Shown: positions 48,536-57,243 of the stretch, piece after piece | Position numbering within the stretch: position 1 is the first letter of the stretch | Layout: every line of letters begins with the position of its first letter | From: an uncultured Candidatus Saccharibacteria bacterium | GTDB lineage: Bacteria > Patescibacteriota > Minisyncoccia > Phycocordibacterales > UBA9973 | Length of the DNA: 64,000 bases | Reading direction: 5' to 3' | Assembly: GCA_964474435.1 (NCBI GenBank) | Contig: CAYYSI010000002.1 | Span: 92,260-156,259, forward strand | Notes under the pieces: model-generated | Seen by the model: the letters and a program-made list of their open reading frames with translations, nothing else | Databases searched by the model: none | What the model was told of the DNA's origin: nothing | Made by a program: the position numbers and the translations under genes

Positions 48536-50809
48536 ATGACGCACTCACGCGGTCACCTTTTTAGTACTCATAGACGCACACTCGCTGCGCTCTTGTTCGG
48601 CCTCTCGTTTTCGATCATTGTTGCGTACGCAACACCGCCGGGTAGTGCATATACGCCAGGTGAGACGCTTGACCCAACATGTGCACCAGGAGATACATTT
48701 TGTACCGTTGCGATTGCGGGAGGGTTAACATTTTCTACTGGACTTACCAATACGGCAAATACGATTACGAACAATCTCTCGACTGGTGTATCTGGGGGGC
48801 AGAGTGTCGTGGGCGGTACGGCCGCATCAAACAACCTCACGCTTTCATCAACGACTAATGCAACCAAAGGGAAAATTATTTTTGGGACAAGTGTGTATGA
48901 TGAGGCAAACAATAGGCTTGGTATAGGGACAACATCACCCGATCAGCGATTTGTTGTGCAAGGACAGACAGTGGGAGGAACACCAACATATCTCAGATTT
49001 GATTCAGGTATTCTTTCATTGGAAGGAGATTTGTCGGCACAAAATGGGGTACCACTGATCGATTTCAAAGATACTGCAACCAATCAAGTCTTTTCACGTG
49101 TGGGATATATTCTCAATACTGGTATTTCGATTAGTAACTCATGGATTGGTTTAAATAAATCAGCGGTCTTTATTGAACATACCGCTGATGAAAATTCATT
49201 TGTGATTTCCAGAGGGACGGCGGCATATGGAGTACCAACCCGTATTGGTATCGGTACGGCCACACCCTCAAGTAGGTTTGATGTGACAACGGATGCTTTG
49301 AGTGAAACACAAACTGCAGTCTCCGGTATTGCACTCGTAAACCACTCTCCGGCAGTAAATGGAGTACAACAGATTTCGCCCGCAATCCGATGGTCAGGTC
49401 ATGGATGGAAAACAGCTAGTACTGCGGCAAGTCAGGCCGTTGATTTCAGAGCGTATGTTACTCCTGTGCAAGGAACGACAAATCCTACGGGGTATCTCGG
49501 GTTTGGATCATCGATCAACGGGGGAGCGTACACCGATAATCAGCTTGTATTAACGAGTCAGGGATACGTAGGAATTGGGACGACGACACCGTCTAATGTG
49601 CTCGAAGTAACCGGAGGAGCGAGTATATTTAATGGAGACATCCGTATACGATCAGGTAATACCTTTGTTGTATTAAATGCAGATAATTCTCTCAATGGTT
49701 CGATGTCGCTCATACATGAACCAAATAATCCTGCTATATCTATAGTCGCATCGCAGTATAATGGCAGTACTATACAGGGATATAACGGAGAAGGTTCATA
49801 CTATTATGCGACTGTTTCGGGCAATCGTATTGTTTCCATAGATAGGAATGTACTGTCGGGCGGAACGACGGGTGGAAACGGATTTACTATCGGGGACTAT
49901 GCTGAGTATGCACCAACGACAGGGACCAATACGTACAACACAATAAACCTCAATCCTATTATTAACGCTACAGGTGGCACGAACACTGTTCGGGGGATCT
50001 ACTATAATCCAAATCTTACAGCAGTGGTCGGCACAACCAATATTGCCTTTGAAAATACAACAGGAAACGTGCTGTTGGGTACGACGAGTGGGCGAGTGGG
50101 TATCGCAAATACGAATCCGGGATATTTGCTCCATGTTGGTTCGTCCGCGGTCACGACCGGTACAACAGTTGCACGTTTTGAAAATCAGGGCGGTACGTGT
50201 GATGTTGTTCCGTCAACTATCGGAGGTATAACCTGTACATCCGATGAGCGGCTCAAGAAAAATATCACGACACTTGATGATTCTATATTGGACAAAATAC
50301 TTTCGCTTCGATTGGTAACATACAACCTGAGAGCCGAAGAAAATACTGATCCTTTGCATACAGGTGTCATTGCGCAAGAACTCGTGAACGTGTTTCCTGA
50401 GCTTGTTGCCACTGATAGCTCCGGCTGGGAGTCAGTCTCGTATACTGGACTGATCCCGTACACGATCAAGGCAATTCAAGAAATGAATCTGCGTGTTACC
50501 GAGCTCAATGACATGCAAAAAGCAAATCCACTCCGCGACAACCTCACTGCATGGTTTGCAAATGCTGCAAACCATATCACGCGCATCTTTACGGGTGAAA
50601 TCTGCCTTACGGATACTGACGGCACATCGGAATGTCTAAACAAAGCAGAGCTCGGACAATTGAAACAACTCCTCAATACACAGACACGCACACCTGATCC
50701 TGTTGTACCATCAACCCCTGATCCACTACCATCGCAAGATCCGAGTATTCCTGAATTAGTGCCAGAGAGTACACCCGCTGAGATTCCCACAGATACGTCA
50801 CAATCATAA
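48536..50809 (+). CDS. secreted tail-fibre-like protein with C-terminal Peptidase_S74 intramolecular chaperone (autoproteolytic) domain
   Basis: Signal peptide/TM LAALLFGLSFSIIVAYA. The C-terminus CTSDERLKKNITTLDD...GVIAQEL...P matches the S74 IMC consensus S-D-x-R-x-K-x-N-I, followed by a coiled-coil tail. The central region is Gly/Thr/Asn-rich and beta-helix-like. Confidence 0.65.
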   Translation: MTHSRGHLFSTHRRTLAALLFGLSFSIIVAYATPPGSAYTPGETLDPTCAPGDTFCTVAIAGGLTFSTGLTNTANTITNNLSTGVSGGQSVVGGTAASNNLTLSSTTNATKGKIIFGTSVYDEANNRLGIGTTSPDQRFVVQGQTVGGTPTYLRFDSGILSLEGDLSAQNGVPLIDFKDTATNQVFSRVGYILNTGISISNSWIGLNKSAVFIEHTADENSFVISRGTAAYGVPTRIGIGTATPSSRFDVTTDALSETQTAVSGIALVNHSPAVNGVQQISPAIRWSGHGWKTASTAASQAVDFRAYVTPVQGTTNPTGYLGFGSSINGGAYTDNQLVLTSQGYVGIGTTTPSNVLEVTGGASIFNGDIRIRSGNTFVVLNADNSLNGSMSLIHEPNNPAISIVASQYNGSTIQGYNGEGSYYYATVSGNRIVSIDRNVLSGGTTGGNGFTIGDYAEYAPTTGTNTYNTINLNPIINATGGTNTVRGIYYNPNLTAVVGTTNIAFENTTGNVLLGTTSGRVGIANTNPGYLLHVGSSAVTTGTTVARFENQGGTCDVVPSTIGGITCTSDERLKKNITTLDDSILDKILSLRLVTYNLRAEENTDPLHTGVIAQELVNVFPELVATDSSGWESVSYTGLIPYTIKAIQEMNLRVTELNDMQKANPLRDNLTAWFANAANHITRIFTGEICLTDTDGTSECLNKAELGQLKQLLNTQTRTPDPVVPSTPDPLPSQDPSIPELVPESTPAEIPTDTSQS

Positions 50810-50833
50810 TTTCTTGCTATACTTACTACTGTA

Positions 50834-52474
50834 ATGACGCATTCACGCGCTCAACTTTTCAGTACTCATAGACGCACACTTGCTGCACTCATGTTTGGGC
50901 TCGCATTTTCTGCGGTTGTTGCGTACGCGACACCACCAGGGAGTGCATATACGCCCGCCGAAACACTCGATCCCATCTGTGTCCCAGGAAGTGCATTTTG
51001 TACAGTAGATATTAGTGCGGGGTCTCTCATTGGTTCAACATCTACTAATGGTACAGAGACGTGGCTTGGGACGAGTGTGGCTGGGCTTGGGGCGGCATCA
51101 ACTGATCACACTGTTTTTATTGGGATTGATGCAGGGATAAGTGCAAATGATAGTGAGTATTCTAATTTCATGGGATATCAGGCAGGCGCAGGGTCGACAA
51201 CGACACACTCGTCCACATTTATTGGTACAAATGCTGGATACCAAGTGAGTAATGCTTCAAATGCGGTATTTATCGGTTCCGAAAGTGGATCAACGGTGAC
51301 AAATGCAGGGGGTTCAAACTTCATCGGCTATCAGGCGGGCCTCAATGCAATAAATGCTACCACATCCAACCTCATCGGCTATCAGGCAGGACTGAATAGT
51401 TTTTCAGTGGCTGTTGCCAACGTCATCGGTAATGGTGCGGGGTCTGGTGCTACTGCTGCACCCTTCGTTAATTTCATTGGAAACAATGCAGGGTTTAATT
51501 CGTCGGATACGAGTAGTTCAACCTTTATAGGGTATAACACAGGTGGAAACGCAACCCATGCACAGCACTCAGTCTTTATTGGAACACAGACAGGAGCTAA
51601 TTCTACAGGAGCAACGAATGGAATATTTCTAGGAAGAGAGGCTGGCCTAAATGATACCGTTGATAATACTACCGACCAAGATGACTACTCAATACTTATT
51701 GGTCTTCGTGCAGGAACAGGAGGATTTGAAAACAGTATTGCAATCGGCGCATACGCAACAAACACTGCGCTAAACCAATTTATGATTGGTTCTGCAACGC
51801 GTCCGATAAATGAAATGGTCATCACCGGAACTGGGGGGCAGTCATGTACGATTCGCCCGGATACTGCAGGTATCAACTGTTCATCTGATCAAACACTCAA
51901 AACAAATATTACTGATTTAGAAAATGTACTCGACACACTCAGTGATGTGCGCACGGTCATGTACAATTGGAAAAATACTCCAAACACCAATGCGCAAATC
52001 GGATTTCTTGCACAAGATCTCAAGGAGTATTTCCCAACACTTGTGTCTCGTGCATCAAATGGGTATCTCCAGGTCAACTATGCAGGCATGACACCGATCC
52101 TCACAAAGGCGATCCAAGAACTCAATCTAAAAGTAGAAGGTGCGTTTGATATTCAGAAAAACAATACCTTTGCCGGAAATATGCGTGCATGGTTTGCAAA
52201 CACTTCAAATGGCATCGCAAAGATGTTTGCGGGTGAAGTAGAGACAAAGAACTTGTGTGTCTCTGACGATACAGGCGAGCGAACATGTATTACGAAGTCA
52301 GACCTCGACGCACTTCTTGAAAATGCACACCTCACTCCATCGTCTCCAGAACCAGTACCGACACCTGAAATACCTGTAGTCCAAGATGAGCCGGTTGACC
52401 CAGTACCAACTGAGGATGCGACTGAACCTATGGTTGATAGTACAATTGATACACCACCAACACACAATGAATAA
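50834..52474 (+). CDS. secreted tail-fibre-like paralogue with Hep_Hag-like FIGYQAG repeats and C-terminal Peptidase_S74 IMC domain
   Basis: The first ~60 aa and the 5' region are near-identical to the upstream paralogue. There are about 10 degenerate 14-16-aa repeats (NFIGYQAGLN...). The C-terminus reads CSSDQTLKTNITDLEN...GFLAQDL. Confidence 0.65.
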   Translation: MTHSRAQLFSTHRRTLAALMFGLAFSAVVAYATPPGSAYTPAETLDPICVPGSAFCTVDISAGSLIGSTSTNGTETWLGTSVAGLGAASTDHTVFIGIDAGISANDSEYSNFMGYQAGAGSTTTHSSTFIGTNAGYQVSNASNAVFIGSESGSTVTNAGGSNFIGYQAGLNAINATTSNLIGYQAGLNSFSVAVANVIGNGAGSGATAAPFVNFIGNNAGFNSSDTSSSTFIGYNTGGNATHAQHSVFIGTQTGANSTGATNGIFLGREAGLNDTVDNTTDQDDYSILIGLRAGTGGFENSIAIGAYATNTALNQFMIGSATRPINEMVITGTGGQSCTIRPDTAGINCSSDQTLKTNITDLENVLDTLSDVRTVMYNWKNTPNTNAQIGFLAQDLKEYFPTLVSRASNGYLQVNYAGMTPILTKAIQELNLKVEGAFDIQKNNTFAGNMRAWFANTSNGIAKMFAGEVETKNLCVSDDTGERTCITKSDLDALLENAHLTPSSPEPVPTPEIPVVQDEPVDPVPTEDATEPMVDSTIDTPPTHNE

Positions 52475-54608
52475 ACTATTTAGAAACATACTAGTACTCG
52501 CACTGTGCACGATAGGATTCGTGAGTGTTGCACACGCGGCAATGGGGACGATCGACCCAGGCAATGATGGCTCATACAAGGCGCTTATACAAAATACTGA
52601 CCTGGGGGCCGCAACCGCAATTAACTTTGGGAAGTTCACGACACAGTCTGCAAAAAATATCACCGTCTCTGACACAGAGCTGCGTGGGTTTGCTTGGGGC
52701 GAAGGGGTAGGGTGGATCGTCACCAACTGTGCTGATACGACGAGTGGCTGCAGTGTCACCAACAGCAATTTCAAAATCGCCAATGATGGCAGTGGCAACC
52801 TCTCGGGCTACGCCTGGGGTGAAAACACGGGCTGGATCAATTTTGGGCCATTTACCAACCCTCTGATTTCAACAGTCAAAATTTCTGGAGGACAATTTGG
52901 AGGTACTCTTGGAAGCGCGGGCTACGCATGGTCACAAAACTTTGGCTTCATCAAGTTTGATTGCAGTAGTCCTACAAGCTGTGTAAAAACTGACTGGGCA
53001 CCAGGTGGAGCATTTCAGTGTAACGATACAGTAGATAATGATGGAGATGGATTGATCGACTATCCTGCTGATCCTGGATGTAGTAATGCGACAGATAATG
53101 ATGAATCAAATGGTGGAACAACTGGGGGACCGGGAACTCCCGCATGTCGGGACGGGCGTGATAACGACGGCGACAACCTTGTCGACTATCCATCTGACCC
53201 AGGCTGCGATAACGCAGACGATACAAATGAATTTAATGCGCCGATAGATTTCTGTACCGCAAATCCATCTGATCCGTCGTGTTCATTTTGTGCATTGAAC
53301 CCAACCAACCCAGCTTGTCAGCAACCACCATTCTGTACGACGAACCCGGGTGATCCATCATGTTCATTCTGTAATCAAAATCCAGGAGATCCGTCATGTC
53401 AGATACCATTCTGTACAACCAATCCAACAGCGCCAATATGTCAGCAGCCATTCTGCACTCTGTATCCGAATGATCCATCATGCCAAGCACAACCATTTTG
53501 TACAACAAACCCAAATGATCCTTCGTGTGCATTTTGTGTTCTGAATCCTACTGATCCATCCTGCAAGACAACACCATCATATTGTCAGGTACACCCCGAA
53601 GAATGTTACCCTCCAAAAATACCAACAAAAATCGAAGGTGCAACCAAATCTTTTGTTACTGGCACAATCGGCAAAATACTCAAACTCACAGGGCTTGTTG
53701 CAGTCGGCGTTGGTGCACTCGCACTTTCATTCGTCGGAACACAGTTCTCACTCTACAGCCTTCTCCTTCTCTTGATGCGACTCTGGTCACTCTTGCTCAT
53801 CGCCCTCGGTATCAAGAAAAAGAGTAATCCATGGGGGACTGTGTATGACTCTGTCACCAAACAGCCAATCGATCCGGCGTACGTCGTGCTCATGGATATG
53901 CAGGGCAATGAAGTTGCAACCTCGATCACTGACATCGAAGGACGATACGGATTTGCAGTACCTCCTGGCACCTATACGATCATAGCGAACAAGACTAACT
54001 ACGAATTCCCATCCAAGAAACTTGCAGGCAAGACATCTGATGAACTCTACGATGACCTCTACTTTGGTGGACCAATCGTGATCACAGAACAAGATGGTCT
54101 GATCACAAAAAATATCCCACTCGATCAGCAGAACTTTGACTGGAACGAATATGCAAAAAATGAACAGCATCGACTCCGTCACTACAAGCGTCAAGATCTC
54201 TTTATTGCACGCCTTTCAAATATATTCTTCATTCTCGGCTTCATCGTCACCGCGATCTCGGTCCTCGTCGTTGCGTCCCTCTTTAATATCGTGCTCATGG
54301 GACTCTATATTGTCACTGCACTTGGGCGACTCTTTAAGGTTCGCATTCAACCAAAGGGAAGTGTCGCAGACACTGCAACTGATATGCCATTGCCGTTTAG
54401 TGTGGTGCGCGTGGTCTCGACTGCAACTAACAAAGAGATCATGCACAAGGTCGCAGGACCCACCGGCAAGTACTACGCGCTCGTAGCAAATGGTGACTAT
54501 CGCGTCGTCGTCGATCGCAAGAACGCCGATCAAAGCTATACGCCGGTCTCTATCCCAGATCCTGTCGCAGTGAAAAAAGGTTATATGAAAAAAGACTTCA
54601 AAGTATAA
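52467..54608 (+). CDS. multi-pass membrane protein with thrombospondin-type-3-like Ca-binding repeats, about ten CxxNPxDPSC cysteine repeats and CarboxypepD_reg-like domains
   Basis: ATG at 52467 overlaps the upstream stop (ATGAATAA). Signal peptide; DNDGDGLIDYPADPGC repeated twice; the repeat array FCTTNPGDPSCSFC...; a TM bundle; the motif GTVYDSVTKQPIDPAYVVLMD...GRYGF..PPGTYTI. Confidence 0.55.
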   Translation: MNKLFRNILVLALCTIGFVSVAHAAMGTIDPGNDGSYKALIQNTDLGAATAINFGKFTTQSAKNITVSDTELRGFAWGEGVGWIVTNCADTTSGCSVTNSNFKIANDGSGNLSGYAWGENTGWINFGPFTNPLISTVKISGGQFGGTLGSAGYAWSQNFGFIKFDCSSPTSCVKTDWAPGGAFQCNDTVDNDGDGLIDYPADPGCSNATDNDESNGGTTGGPGTPACRDGRDNDGDNLVDYPSDPGCDNADDTNEFNAPIDFCTANPSDPSCSFCALNPTNPACQQPPFCTTNPGDPSCSFCNQNPGDPSCQIPFCTTNPTAPICQQPFCTLYPNDPSCQAQPFCTTNPNDPSCAFCVLNPTDPSCKTTPSYCQVHPEECYPPKIPTKIEGATKSFVTGTIGKILKLTGLVAVGVGALALSFVGTQFSLYSLLLLLMRLWSLLLIALGIKKKSNPWGTVYDSVTKQPIDPAYVVLMDMQGNEVATSITDIEGRYGFAVPPGTYTIIANKTNYEFPSKKLAGKTSDELYDDLYFGGPIVITEQDGLITKNIPLDQQNFDWNEYAKNEQHRLRHYKRQDLFIARLSNIFFILGFIVTAISVLVVASLFNIVLMGLYIVTALGRLFKVRIQPKGSVADTATDMPLPFSVVRVVSTATNKEIMHKVAGPTGKYYALVANGDYRVVVDRKNADQSYTPVSIPDPVAVKKGYMKKDFKV
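53230..53580 (+). repeat. in-frame tandem coding repeats (~33-36 nt units) encoding the CxxNPxDPSC array
   Basis: Repeated ...tgtac(a/g)acaaacccaaatgatcc(a/t)tc(a/g)tg... units visible at the nucleotide level. Confidence 0.6.
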
Positions 54609-54610
54609 AA

Positions 54611-54645
54611 GAAAAAATCTCCATCAATTGATGGAGATTTTTTCT
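54611..54645. terminator. bidirectional rho-independent terminator
   Basis: aaaaa-ATCTCCATC-aatt-GATGGAGAT-tttttc. Confidence 0.7.
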
Positions 54646-54653
54646 TTAAGTAC

Positions 54654-55019
54654 TTATTTGGTGATAGTTTGGATCTTTTCGATGACGTCGCTGAGTGTGA
54701 AGTTTGATTTCACCATGTATTCTGCGGCACCTGCATCGAGGACGCGCTTCATTTCGAGATCGTCAGAAAGGTTTGAAAAGACAATAACAGGGACTGCTTT
54801 TATTTTCTCATCAGCCTTGAATTTCTGAAGGAGTTCGTAGCCGTTGATGTCTGGGAGCATGAGGTCAAGGAGTATGACGTCAGGAGTGCCGAGCGCGAGT
54901 GCGTTGTCGACTTCGGCTTGTGTGGTTGCAGCAATCACCGCAAAGCCTTCGTGGGTGAACTTTGAACTCTCGAGGTTCTTTAAAAATGAGTCGTCTTCGA
55001 TAATCAGGATTTTTTTCAT
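54654..55019 (-). CDS. stand-alone response regulator receiver domain (CheY-like)
   Basis: Acidic pocket DD...D (ILLDLMLPD) and the conserved K; 121 aa with no output domain. Confidence 0.8.
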   Translation of the reverse strand: MKKILIIEDDSFLKNLESSKFTHEGFAVIAATTQAEVDNALALGTPDVILLDLMLPDINGYELLQKFKADEKIKAVPVIVFSNLSDDLEMKRVLDAGAAEYMVKSNFTLSDVIEKIQTITK

Positions 55020-55065
55020 ATACAGAGAGTATACCCCAGATTGGAAAATCCGCTATTCTGCTCAA

Positions 55066-55764
55066 TTATCCCAAAGGCAGCGCGAGAGTGAATATGGTGC
55101 CTTCGAGTGGGGTACTGGTAAACGTGAGCGTGCCACCCTGGCGCTCGACGATATGTTTGGTTGCATAGAGGCCGAGTCCGACGCCGACGTATTTTTCTCG
55201 GGTATTGGATGCCCGGAAAAACTTCTCAAAGATCCGTGCATGTTCCTCGTGCGGGATAACGACACCTTTGTCTCCCACAGTGAGCACGGCCTTGCCGCCC
55301 ATGCCAGCGAGTGTCAGCGTGATGTCTGTATTTGCAGCGCCATATTTGATCGCATTTTCCAGCAGGTTGTGGATCGCAATACGCAGCTTTTCTTTGTCAC
55401 CAATGACGACGATGGGGCTTGGGGGTGCGGTATAGCGTATGTGCATGCCTTTTGCAGCAGCTTCACTCGTGAAATCTTTGATAGAGACATCGATGAGTGT
55501 ATTGAGCGGGATCGGATCTGTCGCATAAGGGACACTGCCGCCTTGGGTACGGATGATCGTCATCGTGTCATTGATGAGTGTGATCATGCGCTCGTTGGAG
55601 TCGGTGGCCTGAGCGAGCATTGCCACTTGGGTTTTGTTCAGTGAGCCAAAGTCGCCATCAATGAGCATCTTGAACAGCCACTTCATCGCAGTGAGAGATG
55701 TGCGCAGCTCGTGTGCAGATACGAGGAAGAAATCAATCTTTTCTTGAGAGTCATTTTTTTCCAT
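55066..55764 (-). CDS. soluble sensor histidine kinase (HisKA + HATPase_c, no TM or sensor domain)
   Basis: H-box SAHELRTSLTAM, an N-box LLENAIKY, and G-boxes GVGLGL. Confidence 0.8.
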   Translation of the reverse strand: MEKNDSQEKIDFFLVSAHELRTSLTAMKWLFKMLIDGDFGSLNKTQVAMLAQATDSNERMITLINDTMTIIRTQGGSVPYATDPIPLNTLIDVSIKDFTSEAAAKGMHIRYTAPPSPIVVIGDKEKLRIAIHNLLENAIKYGAANTDITLTLAGMGGKAVLTVGDKGVVIPHEEHARIFEKFFRASNTREKYVGVGLGLYATKHIVERQGGTLTFTSTPLEGTIFTLALPLG

Positions 55765-55794
55765 TACAACGATTGTACCATTTATGGAGTATGA

Positions 55795-55825
55795 AAATAA
55801 AAAACCCTTCCGGAATGGAAGGGTT
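55795..55825 (-). terminator. rho-independent terminator (minus strand)
   Basis: On the minus strand: CCCTTCC-attcc-GGAAGGG-ttttttatttt. Confidence 0.55.
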
Positions 55826-55851
55826 ATGTTTAGGTGTTTTTTGTAAGAATG

Positions 55852-56151
55852 TTAGGCAGCTAATGTTGCTAACACTTTGTCGTGTCCCGGTATTGCTTCT
55901 ACACCCACCAATATTTCTTTGGTATGGATGTGAATGAATTTCGGGGAGTTGCCGTTCATTTTTCTTTTAACCGCAGTTATGATAGCGATAATGTCAGATG
56001 CTGCCACGTTTTCTTCAAAAATGATTGCAGCATGTTTTTTCTTTTTAGCGGCTTCAGCAATCTCAAAAGGTTTGGCTCCTTTGTGAGAAAAAGAAAGTGC
56101 CGGCTTCGGATCATTTTTAAGATAAATTTCCTTTAAAGAATTTTCAGTCAT
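55852..56151 (-). CDS. small hypothetical protein
   Basis: ATG at 56151 (MTENSLKEIY); 99 aa; no confident family assignment. Confidence 0.3.
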   Translation of the reverse strand: MTENSLKEIYLKNDPKPALSFSHKGAKPFEIAEAAKKKKHAAIIFEENVAASDIIAIITAVKRKMNGNSPKFIHIHTKEILVGVEAIPGHDKVLATLAA

Positions 56152-56261
56152 GGTAGTTCTTTCGCGGTCACAGTTGGTGACAAAGAGCAGTTTTTTACAT
56201 ATAGTAAATTGTTGTTTTGTTTCCAAACATAATACTCTATTTCCAAAATAAGTCAACAAAA

Positions 56262-56290
56262 ACGACAAAATCCCCGCGAGGGGATTTTGG
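56262..56290 (-). terminator. rho-independent terminator
   Basis: aaaATCCCC-gcga-GGGGATttt hairpin downstream of the 56301 gene. Confidence 0.55.
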
Positions 56291-56300
56291 GAGGGGAGAT

Positions 56301-57224
56301 TTATTTAGCTTTTACAAAATCAGTATAGTTTGCAGTGGTACTTTCCGCTTTCTTCTTTTTTACCAAGAATCCATATTCAGAATATTTTATACCTGTTTTA
56401 AGGATCGCATCTTTTTCATAGCGGTTTATTTGTCCTGATGGATTTACTGTCGCAAAGTTTTCGAGGCCACCCGCACTAACCTTGTCGTTAACGTTGTTAT
56501 CCATTGTGTCATCAGATTCAGAATGAGTTGTATCAATAACCATACCGTATCCAATTTTATTAATAAGCTCCTGACCATTTTTAGCAACCGCTGTACGCAA
56601 ATCTTGAGTATTCGCAAGTTCAAACCCGAGTTCTTTTGCTGCCTTCTTTACATGTTCAATTTTTTCAGCATCGTTGTGACTATCATCTCCATCAAATCCA
56701 ACAAAAGCATATTCATAATTTGCGTCATTCATGGGAACATTCAACGACCCTTTGAATGTGATACCTGCTACTTCTTGGTTCGCTTCAGTGAAAACAATTT
56801 TTTCTTGGCCAATAGATTGAGTTTTTTCTTGAGTAGTATCACTCGGAAGTTTTTTAAGGTCCTCTGCGTTTGCGGCTGTAACGGCCGTAACCCCAAAACC
56901 AAGCAGTGTAAGGAATTTTCTAAAACCACCAACTTTTGATGTTTGTGGTATGTAATTTTTTGATGATGTCCAAGGCTCTGCTGGCGCATTTCCGCGCTGG
57001 TATGCAATAGAGCCCACCTTGTCTTTCATAGGGGTTTCCTTCGGTGTTTTGTAGGCATTATCAAGATCTCCCATGGTCTCTGCAACTTGTGCTTCGCGAT
57101 CTTCAGAGCTTTCCATTTCAACAATGACTCGCTCGCCAGGTCGTGCATGGATTACCACATCTTCTTTATTGATATTTTCTGCAACGTTTTCGTTTACTTC
57201 AAGATTTTCTTTTGATGATTCCAT
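56301..57224 (-). CDS. hypothetical protein with acidic N-terminus and one TM segment
   Basis: ATG at 57224 (MESSKENLEV); TM FRKFLTLLGFGVTAVTAANA. Confidence 0.4.
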   Translation of the reverse strand: MESSKENLEVNENVAENINKEDVVIHARPGERVIVEMESSEDREAQVAETMGDLDNAYKTPKETPMKDKVGSIAYQRGNAPAEPWTSSKNYIPQTSKVGGFRKFLTLLGFGVTAVTAANAEDLKKLPSDTTQEKTQSIGQEKIVFTEANQEVAGITFKGSLNVPMNDANYEYAFVGFDGDDSHNDAEKIEHVKKAAKELGFELANTQDLRTAVAKNGQELINKIGYGMVIDTTHSESDDTMDNNVNDKVSAGGLENFATVNPSGQINRYEKDAILKTGIKYSEYGFLVKKKKAESTTANYTDFVKAK

Positions 57225-57243
57225 GCCATCACTATACCACACG

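Noticed and set aside
53230-53580. Possible CRISPR-like repeat array
   Set aside because: The repeats are in-frame, inside a long ORF, and encode the CxxNPxDPSC peptide repeat; there are no spacer-like unique segments and no cas genes
48536-54608. Interpreting the S74-domain fibre genes as a prophage tail module
   Set aside because: Both proteins carry N-terminal signal peptides or TM segments, and no capsid, portal, terminase, tape-measure, baseplate or integrase genes flank them. The neighbours are tRNAs and a two-component system. This favours cell-encoded surface fibres that have co-opted the phage IMC domain
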